Shown here piece by piece: positions 55,656 through 64,000 of a DNA stretch of 64,000 nucleotides. The notes beneath the pieces are model-generated. The model was given only the letters and a program-made list of their open reading frames with translations, had not been told where the DNA came from and ran no database searches. A program made the position numbers and the translations under genes. The first letter of the stretch is position 1, and every line of letters starts with the position of its first letter. The stretch is taken from assembly GCA_937625935.1 (NCBI GenBank), contig OW569366.1:248001-312000 (forward strand). Reading direction: 5' to 3'. The DNA is from Tetramitus jugosus. Its lineage: Eukaryota > Protista > Heterolobosea.

Positions 55656-56648
55656 TCATGAACAGCAACCACTGCTACTATTGCTGGCGTTGCGATTGCT
55701 CGATGGTGCCGAATTCCCCGTCGTCCGAACATCTTTCATTTGAGATATGCTTATGGAAGAACTGTTGTTATTGTTTGAAGCACCTCCAGACTTGCCAATC
55801 ACCGAACTATTCTCGATAATTTGTGAAACGAGACGTTTGATTGCTGCTTCAACACCTTGACCAGTCTTTGCCGATGATTCGAACCATGACAGGAATCCAT
55901 TCTCTTCACAGTAAGAATCCATGAATTCAGAATCCCTCGCGGGAGGTCCAGGAGGAAGCAAGTCAACCTTATTGCCTACGAGAACACACGGTATGGGTCT
56001 ATCATCCGATAGAAGCACTTTTTGATCGACATCGAGCTTCCATTTCTTTACACTTTGAAACGATGCAGGCTGCGTGACATCATACAACAAGAGTGCACCA
56101 ACGGCGTCCTTATAATAAACCCGAGTCATTTGTCCAAATCTCTCTTGTCCCTATTGTCAGTTCACAAGTTAAGAGACAGACACAACGTTAATGTTAGCAG
56201 TTCTTATATCACATTGTCAATACACACTGATACTTACGGCGATATCCCACAATTGTAAACGTATTGTTATCCCGTCTTTCCATTTCATTACTTTTAGCGC
56301 AAAGTCAACTCCGACCTACGTGTCGTGTCAGTGGTGAGAAGATCACATGGATGATGAATAAGCACATTTCCCGCAAAAAGTCACAATGTCAATGCACACA
56401 TACCGTTGACTTGTAAGCTTGCGAATACATGTTATGTACATATCGTCTGACAAAGGCCGATTTTCCTGTATACGAAGAAAGGCACAGTAAATTTTGAGGC
56501 GGGAAAAAACAGGTCAGCCTGAAGAAAATGCAGCCAATAAAAAACAGCCAAAAAGAGTTCTTGGCCAATCACACAGTGAACCTGCATTGTTGAACGTACC
56601 TACACCCATATCCCCAATCACAATAATTTTGAAAAAGTATTCTGTCAT
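55656..56648 (-). CDS. RAB32: Rab32/38-family GTPase, 4 exons
   Basis: Spliced MTEYFFKIIVIGDMGVGKS..YKST|VGVDFALK..RLQLWDIA|GQERFGQMTRVYYKDAVGA; WDIAGQE is the Rab32/38/29 signature; GNKVD, ESSAK, C-terminal GCCS. Confidence 0.88.
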
Positions 56649-57286
56649 TTTCTGCTGTATGATGTTCTGATGTTATTTCTGTGCTTTTGTTTCTGCAAAC
56701 GGAGAATTTTGTTGTTGGAACGTTGCGGTCCAAATTGGAATCCATCAGTTGTATTTCATTCACGATTATTTATTTACAGGTGTCGATCGTGATCAACACC
56801 ATCATGAGGAAAATGTTCTCTTGTACCAGTCATTTGCAGAGCACATCCATCCATAGATGGTATCTGCAACAATCTCCTCCATGAATTCTGGTTCATTTTC
56901 ATCGTTTTCCTCCTCTCTCCCTGCAGTTCTGGTTGGGGTCTTGCTCTTGACATTCTTTGGCGTTTCTACTCTTGTCACTCTTGACAGATTATGTCTGCTG
57001 GAAGGTTCATTGATACTCTTCTCAACCATTCTTTGTTCTTTACTGGATCGATAGATGCTTGTTGTTTGATACAGGACAGTTATTCTTATTATTGTTTTGA
57101 AGTGAATATCTCACGGACTCTGGACTTTATAAGATGCGGATCGTCCTCTGTTGCTAAATATACAGTTGATGGTCAACCCAAAAAAGTACCCTAACAAATG
57201 TTGACGCGATGTCAACTTGGACACCCACTAGCAGAACCTCCAATGACAAAGATTTAAAAACCAGTTTAATGATTTTGCCTCGCCGC

Positions 57287-58087
57287 TTAATGGCAAGAGT
57301 CTCTCACATTGGCAGTGAACAATGAATCCTCAAAAACATCATTGACACCCATTTGAGAATAGAATTGAGCAGCAGCAACATCAAAAACAATGGTTGCTGT
57401 GTCAGGGAGTCCCTGTGCTTGTTGTTCATTCTTGAAAGTTGCCTCAAATCTCACTGGATATCCATTGTCTGCATTCTCATAATAATTCACATCGTAAAAG
57501 AGTCCCTTGCCACCATAGCCCAACACAAAGAATTGCCACATTTGAGCAGTGTAGCTCTCACCTTTTACTTGATACTTGTTCACATTCGAGTATTGAATGT
57601 TGGTCAATGTAGAGTTCAACTTGATACCCGTTTGAACAAGCTTGACATCATTGGCTTGCACCCAACTAGTCTTTCCACCATTGGTCGATGGCAACAATCG
57701 GAAAGAGCTCTTATCATCCTTGACATACAAGTGCTCAAAAATGCAAAAATGAGATGGACTGTTCAACAAGTTGATATACCAGAGCTTCGTATCAAAGACA
57801 ACAGTTGTGCTCACGACTCCACCCTTGGTCAACAAGTCATTGTTGTCGAAACGGACACGTCTTGTTGTTGCACTCGTGGAAGAGTTGAGTGGAACGTTTT
57901 GATAGTAGACTGTGATGAGCTTTGTGCCTTGATTGACATCGGAGAATGGATTGTAAGATTTGAGACCAGTGATGGCAAATGTGTCGGTCCAGACATTGGT
58001 TGGAGGAGCTCTCTTGGAGTGAACAATTGTTGCTGTTGCAATCAATGACAACAGAGCAATCAATAGCAATAGAGTTGTTGATTTCAT
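57287..58087 (-). CDS. Secreted beta-rich protein, possibly ependymin/LolA-like fold
   Basis: Signal peptide MKSTTLLLLIALLSLIATATIVHS at ATG 58087; RVRFD, LWYIN..C and YY...NGYPVRF pattern; fold assignment is tentative. Confidence 0.5.
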   Translation of the reverse strand: MKSTTLLLLIALLSLIATATIVHSKRAPPTNVWTDTFAITGLKSYNPFSDVNQGTKLITVYYQNVPLNSSTSATTRRVRFDNNDLLTKGGVVSTTVVFDTKLWYINLLNSPSHFCIFEHLYVKDDKSSFRLLPSTNGGKTSWVQANDVKLVQTGIKLNSTLTNIQYSNVNKYQVKGESYTAQMWQFFVLGYGGKGLFYDVNYYENADNGYPVRFEATFKNEQQAQGLPDTATIVFDVAAAQFYSQMGVNDVFEDSLFTANVRDSCH

Positions 58088-58439
58088 TAGTAGTGTGAGT
58101 GTGGGTGGGTGTGAGTGGAGGGTTTGTTTGTTTGTTCGAATGAAAAAAAAAATTTGTCTGGAGCGGGCATGTCGTTTCGCTGGAGTTGTTGGAGAATTTC
58201 TCATGTGGTTGGGTTTCCAGTACAGCAAAAGTGCGCACGCTTAGGAACATGGATACCTCTTCGACTGATGAGCAGCATGAGTTGGAATTTCACACTGATA
58301 GTGTATTACTAGAGATCAGAATGGTTCAAAACTCCACTCCAATTCACAGATGAACTGTAGAGACAGAACGTTTGATCAAAATCCCTCCATGGAGGACAAT
58401 CCTGATCGGACAAAAAGAAACTGAACGAAAAAAAGAGAA

Positions 58440-58775
58440 ATGATCAATATCGTTGTTGGTATCTTGATGGCCGTTGGTGGCTTTATGGGCTATTCCAAGA
58501 AGGGATCCATTCCTTCTCTCATGGGTGGACTTGTCATTGGACTTGCATTCACTTATTCTGGTTATTTGCTCATGCAGAGCACCAATCTGATCTCTCAGAG
58601 AAGAGGAGCATTGGTCGGTGTAGTGACAAGTGGTCTGTTGATGTTTGTTGGTTTCATGAGATACATGGCTGTGACGAGAGCTGGAAAGACTAGTCTTCCT
58701 GTTTTGCCTCTCGTGTTCATGCTCACTGGATTGGTGATGGCGATTGTCAATGGACAAAAGTATGCTTCACTATAA
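58440..58775 (+). CDS. TMEM14: TMEM14/FAX family small membrane protein
   Basis: GILMAVGGFMGYSKKGSIPSLMGGLVIG family motif. Confidence 0.85.
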   Translation: MINIVVGILMAVGGFMGYSKKGSIPSLMGGLVIGLAFTYSGYLLMQSTNLISQRRGALVGVVTSGLLMFVGFMRYMAVTRAGKTSLPVLPLVFMLTGLVMAIVNGQKYASL

Positions 58776-59517
58776 TGACTCGTCCAAATCAAAATAAGGC
58801 CGGGCTTTCATCACTGGTTTATAACATAATGAACTGGGAGTCGAATCATCCTTTATATACTTGTACAAGATCTTCAATCAATTCGTTGAGGAGTCCTTTC
58901 TTTGTTCTTGCAGTTGCTTCTTAGAGTAAATAATCGTTCCGAATGTCTCCAACCGAGAAACTCTGCTTTCTTGTCGCTATCCATGGTGTTGTCCATTTGT
59001 TTTAACTTGCATTCATACACTCTTCCTTGCTCAACAAAAGCATTGATATCTCCTTGTTCTCCCAAGATCCTGTACCACTCGACGGCATGCCGAATAACCT
59101 TTTCTATCTGTTCAATGGGAATCGAGGAACCAGAGTAAGTTTGGTAGAGCTTCCGATTGAAGGGTCCGTGGTGATTGTGTATGAAAGAATCACCGAACAA
59201 CAAGTGCCCATAGAGAGCAGAATAGTATCCTTGAGCAGATTGGTATCACTCAACCAGAGTTTCTTTATCGAGATGAAGAAAAACTCAGCTACCTTAAGCA
59301 TCTTAAGCTCCATTGCTAGTTTGTTCGAGTCTGTCGACTGAGTTTTTCCTCTTGTGCAAGACAACCCACAACTCAATCAATATAGTGTCTTCTTAGTGTT
59401 GTGTTCACCCATCTACTCGAGTTCCAGAGAGAATTCTGTAATTTTGTCCTTGAGTTAGTAAGTACCAACGAAACTTGTGCATTCTCATAATTGCCAACAA
59501 CCATAAAAATAAAAAAC

Positions 59518-60111
59518 ATGCAATATCTGAATCAATACGGTGATCATGCTGATGACAACTCACCAACCAATGTTCATCAAACAACAAGAGTTGCAGACAA
59601 CACATCAAATAACACTGAAGAAAATAACCTGAATGTCAGAGAAGAAGAGCAGAACAACACCATTGAAAGACAATCGAGTGAAAGTTATGAAAATGAAGGC
59701 AATGTTGTTGATGAACAATACATGCAGCTTCAGGAAAAGGTGATTCAATTCTTGACCAAGTCACAACAAGTTGGAGTATCCATTCTTGATAATTTACACT
59801 CGCAAAAGGAGTTTCATAATCCCGAACTCCTTCAAAAAATGGTTGACAATCAATTGAGTGATGAATATGGATCACATTATCCCACAGAGAGCTATCAGAG
59901 AATTGGAAGAGATCAATTGTTGCGATTCACTCAACATCAAATCAATCAAACGGCGTCTTCCAATGTATATGTCGTCACAGCACCACAATCCCAATCACAG
60001 CAGCAACAACAGTCCACTGCATCGTCGTCGAATCCTTTTGTGATTGACGAGCAACAAGCGGCCAATTACAGAGCACATATGCAACAACGGTCAAAGTATC
60101 GTAAACGGTAA
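59518..60111 (+). CDS. SAP30BP: HCNGP/SAP30-binding protein-like
   Basis: LQEKVIQFL..LHSQKEFHNPELLQKMVD...DEYGSHYP matches the HCNGP core F.NP....K...DE.G.NYP. Confidence 0.7.
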   Translation: MQYLNQYGDHADDNSPTNVHQTTRVADNTSNNTEENNLNVREEEQNNTIERQSSESYENEGNVVDEQYMQLQEKVIQFLTKSQQVGVSILDNLHSQKEFHNPELLQKMVDNQLSDEYGSHYPTESYQRIGRDQLLRFTQHQINQTASSNVYVVTAPQSQSQQQQQSTASSSNPFVIDEQQAANYRAHMQQRSKYRKR

Positions 60112-60587
60112 TGTTGTGCTCACAACACATCATTCTTGTTGTTAACAAAAGCTTTTGAACAAGTAAAACAGATTGGAGATGATGAGATATCATTTGTTTT
60201 TATTATTGTCATTGTTTCATTGTGTGGAAATTCTCAGGAGTAAGACTGTCCGTTGTTGTTGTTGTTTGTTGCATGGAGTAAAAACTTGGGGTGTTGTTGT
60301 TTGACCCTGTCGAGCAACTGTTGAGAGACAGTTTGTCCCTCGTCAGTTCTTTTGTTTTTCAGAGTTGTGCGTAGATGGAGAGTGGGGGGATATAATGGAG
60401 ATGTGTGGCCAGTAATGGTGGTGGGATCATGTGGTGTGCTATGAGAATAGTAGCTTAGCTAGTTGATGAGAGGTACTAATGATACATGTACAATGATGTA
60501 TGTGTGAGTGAGTGGGTGAGCATGGTTTTTTTTTTCATCACCTGTCTCGCTCTTTCTTTGTCTCTCTCTCTCTCTCAGTTAAGCTCT

Positions 60588-62015
60588 TTAAGCCTGTTGC
60601 TCATCCAACATTTTACCAATCAGAACCTTAATCTCGTCAAACACACGCCTTGTCTCCTCAGTGTCCGTTGCCATTGTCTCATACGAATAAATGGCAGCCT
60701 TTGTCTCTCTCTGCTCCTCATACTTTTTCTTAATGTAGGCAATGCTGGACTCTGCGTCACCTGGTCCTTCGTACTCTGGGAACGCTTCCGAAATGGACTG
60801 ACCACTCTCAATCTTCTCCTTGAAGACGTCCATCTTGTTGTACATGACAACAAATGGCTTATTCTTGAACCAACGATTGTTCACAGTCTCTCTAAACAAG
60901 TTCAAATTCTCAATCATACGATTCGTCTCATCATCCTCATACAACAACTTGTTGAAATCAGATGTGGCGCACAGGAAGATGACCAATGTGCACTGATCGA
61001 ACAATGAGAACCACTTACGTCTCTCGTTTCTCTGACCTCCGACATCGACCAGTTTCATGTTGAATCTGTCGTTGACCTTGATTAGTTTTTCGACGACACC
61101 AGTGGTTTTCGTTCTGGTGCACAGCATATCGTAGGGCGTTGGTTTATAGTCTTCAGCTGCAATTCTCTCCATGTTCTGGAAGAGGTACTTTGCGTTCTCA
61201 ATGAACTGGAATTCGTTGGATCGCAAATATGCCTTTTGGATGCCTGGGTCATTCCACAGTTGCATCAACTCGTCCACCATTTGACGATTCCACATGGAAC
61301 CAATCTTGAGATAGACATCATCACTGTACGCATCATACTTTTCTGCCAGTTCCTTGTTTGCGTCCAGTTCGATGGCAATGCCAACTTGTTCACAACCGGT
61401 GATGAGAGCCTTGATGGATTTGACGCAGTTGCCTCGAATGAAGCCAATGTAGTCATTGATGAGTGATGGATCGAATCCTTCATCATGAATAATACTCATT
61501 TGCTTGAATAGAGTACTGTATATACATGTGTATGGTTGTTTGTTTGTTTGTTTGTTTGTATGGTTGTTTGTTACATTGTAAATGAGATGTATTACGTGTA
61601 TGTGTTGTACCATTTGACATAATACATGGGAGTAAAAAAGAACAAAATATTGGTGAGTCATGACAGTTGAGACAAGATGTGTGATGTGTGATGTGTCGTG
61701 TAGAATGCAACGACAGGTAGTGTGTGTGTGTGTGTTGATGAATTTTTCGGCCAATAAAAAAAAAAGTGTATGTCACTTTCTTTTTTTGTGTGGTGGCCCC
61801 CCGTTCGTTCAATGTCGTTGCCGTCGTACAGACAAGAAAACAGATAGTGATGTAATGTGTGTGTAGTAGTGTAGTATGTGTACGAACCTCTTACCAGTAT
61901 CACCACTGCCTAATAGAAGCACTCTGACTTCGACTGGACCAGTTTGAATTGGTTGTGGAGATGGTCTGTCTTTGGTTGCCTCAGTCTTTTTTGGTTTGGA
62001 AATTCCTGCACCCAT
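60588..62015 (-). CDS. Heterotrimeric G-protein alpha subunit; intron at 61516-61887
   Basis: MGAGIS myristoylation site; spliced LLLGSGDTGK|STLFKQM; RTKTTGV, DVGGQRNERRKW, NKMD, TMATDT. Confidence 0.93.
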
Positions 62016-62615
62016 TTTTTGTTGTTATGATAGTTGTTGATGTTGTTGTTTTCGTTGGTTGTTGTTTGTTTTCGAACGAGATTCACACACTCACAGAGAG
62101 AAAAAATGGTTTTGCTGGTTGCGCTTGGAGCGTTTCGTTACTTTTTACTGCTTTCACTGATGGTGATGAGAGTCAACAAGTGTGGAGTAGTTTTTTCGTT
62201 ATGATGGACAAATCTTCGTATTCAGAGGCTCAATAGGGTGGTTGGCCTGTCGTTGGCGGCGTCTGTCTTCGCCGGGTTATTCACCGAACATCCTTTCAAA
62301 ACGGATTTAATGACATGTGACAGTTTACAATGGCGGGACCTATCAGCAAAACAGCGGAGAAAAAATCTGACAAACGAGCGAGGGACCGTTCATGCGAACC
62401 AACCAGCAAACTCTCTGATTTCTTCCACACATTGTGTGATGGATGATAGGATGCATTGTTCCACAGCTCAATGTTTTTGTGAATGGAATGGCTCCCTAAC
62501 GTCACAAATATCAGTCGGAGTGTAATTCTCTCCGAGCTGAAACATAAAACACCGAATACACGCAAAAACAAAAACTCGGACTTTTTGAAAGAGCGCCAAC
62601 TTCAACCTGCAAGAC

Positions 62616-64000
62616 ATGTCATTTTTGGATAACTACGTTGATTGTATGTGCATACAACAGTATTTTTTTGTTTTCTTGACAGTTCACTCACATTCTGATC
62701 ACTTAGCGATTGACTTTCTCCCGATCGATATGCCAAAAAATTTGGCGTTGATGAGACAGTTGGATCAAGGATGCGCTGAACTGATACGGAGTGCTCATCT
62801 ACAATGTGAAGCTTTCAAGCAACAACAAGAGTTGATGGATCAAGAGGATCATGAAACTGATGACGAAGATCATGATGAGAAAGAACAAGAAGAAACAACG
62901 GCTGATCCGAGCCAAAGGAACAAGTCAGTAAAGAGGAAGAATAAGAGACTGAGCAAGCGTCAAGAACGTCTCAAGAATAATATCAATCAACAGTTACAGA
63001 AAGCTGTTGATATAAGTGAAGAAAAAGTTCAATTGTCTGTCCAGTGCTATGAAATGATTGACAAATCCATTCGTCGTCTGGATGAGCAATTAGCGAAATT
63101 TGCGCAACAATTGGCTGCTGAAAAAAATTCTGGTTTCGTGCCTCCTGTGGGCACAAACAGTCAACTCTTTTCATCTGATGCCATTAACACGCCTTTCAAT
63201 GAGAGACACTTGCTGACTGTGAATGTTCCTGCACACAGTGGGGAGTCCAGGGTATCTGCTCTCAAGTCAGCCACTTCACTGAGAAGTCCCGCATTGAGTG
63301 GTACAACTCGTGCGACTAGACTCACATCTTCATTGTTTGATTCCGATATGGATCAGAGTAGTCAAGACAGTAAGTCTACGGGATTATCAACAAGTGATGA
63401 GCAGTTGAGTGCGCAAATGGGATCTTCCACTGTTGTTGCAGGTGAGAACGTGAAGGAGGGAGAAACCCCAAGTAGCGGTCTCAAGAGAGGACCGAGCTCT
63501 GCTCGCTCCGCCAGGAGGCAGCACGCCACCAGTACATTGGTTGCGGAGGAAGCAGATGACATATTTGTTGTAAATAATGTTGTGACTACCCAGGAGACAC
63601 CTATGCTTGATATTAAGGTACAAAAGGCGCCCGCACAGGTGCAGTCAACTTCAAGCCAACCAGTTCAACAAAAGAGTAAGGGAACGAAACGAAGTAGAAC
63701 AGTTTCTAGAAATTCTGACGGACAGTCATTATCTCAGAGGAGAAGAATTGATCTATCTCAAGAGAAACTGCAGACTTCAAAGAGTTTAGCAGTTCCTCCT
63801 AGAGTGACCAAGGATACAGCCACACAGGATGATCATGCCCTGGTGAGTGCAACTCATTCAGCAGTCATGAGTATCGGTGCGTCCACAAAGGGACAAGAAA
63901 TACTTGGTGCTAAGGGATCAGTCATTGGTTTGAGAACGAACGGAGCTCAAAAAGCCCTCAAAACCAAGAAAAAGAAGGGTCATGTGGATATATTAGAAGC
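62616..64000 (+). CDS. ING-family chromatin protein, N-terminal part (intron 62644-62706; runs off the window)
   Basis: Spliced MSFLDNYVD|SIDFLPIDMPKNLALMRQLD and SEEKVQLSVQCYEMIDKSIRRLDEQLAKF match the ING N-terminal helical domain. Confidence 0.8.
   Translation, partial: MSFLDNYVDCMCIQQYFFVFLTVHSHSDHLAIDFLPIDMPKNLALMRQLDQGCAELIRSAHLQCEAFKQQQELMDQEDHETDDEDHDEKEQEETTADPSQRNKSVKRKNKRLSKRQERLKNNINQQLQKAVDISEEKVQLSVQCYEMIDKSIRRLDEQLAKFAQQLAAEKNSGFVPPVGTNSQLFSSDAINTPFNERHLLTVNVPAHSGESRVSALKSATSLRSPALSGTTRATRLTSSLFDSDMDQSSQDSKSTGLSTSDEQLSAQMGSSTVVAGENVKEGETPSSGLKRGPSSARSARRQHATSTLVAEEADDIFVVNNVVTTQETPMLDIKVQKAPAQVQSTSSQPVQQKSKGTKRSRTVSRNSDGQSLSQRRRIDLSQEKLQTSKSLAVPPRVTKDTATQDDHALVSATHSAVMSIGASTKGQEILGAKGSVIGLRTNGAQKALKTKKKKGHVDILE

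Noticed and set aside
56802-57194. Short ORFs between the Rab gene and the secreted-protein gene
   Set aside because: Possibly exons of a small gene, but there is no supporting motif
58874-59376. Two overlapping minus-strand ORFs as a gene or pseudogene
   Set aside because: No recognisable domain or confident splice model
60588-61754. 388-aa ORF with a His/Thr-rich N-terminus as a novel G-alpha variant
   Set aside because: The N-terminal part is intron sequence; splicing 61516-61887 restores the normal P-loop

Overview
Gene-dense, intron-poor nuclear DNA of a flagellated unicellular eukaryote. It encodes an axonemal DNAH1-type dynein, so it is not a dictyostelid; the exact lineage cannot be fixed from sequence alone. 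About 27 protein genes are packed with short spacers, including DNAH1, a histidine acid phosphatase, IPK1, an RME-8-like giant, V-ATPase d, F-box/LRR, PEX1, RPS19, RsmE, DHDDS, a secreted SH3b-GH19 lysin, EF-hand, SWC6/ZNHIT1, KCTD-type BTB, OSCA/TMEM63, thioredoxin, Rab32/38, TMEM14, SAP30BP, G-alpha and ING. There are three RNA polymerase III genes: tRNA-Gly(GCC), a solitary 5S rRNA and tRNA-Tyr(GTA). The main discovery is that each Pol III gene has a head-to-tail stack of three non-LTR retrotransposon insertions starting 40-57 bp upstream, and I saw none elsewhere in the window. The elements have their 5' ends facing the gene, poly(A) tails, repeated 15-16 bp target-site duplications of unrelated sequence, and the most decayed copy outermost. 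They comprise at least two diverged ORF2 families and an ORF1-only non-autonomous element, sharing a 3' hairpin and a GTTGTAT-poly(A) end. This resembles a TFIIIB-guided (TRE5-like) targeting system, here outside dictyostelids and including 5S rDNA. The second highlight is an RME-8/DNAJC13 homologue that lacks the J and GYF domains and carries a C-terminal proline-rich/WH2/acidic (WASP-type) tail. All protein calls come from motif recognition by eye, not database searches.
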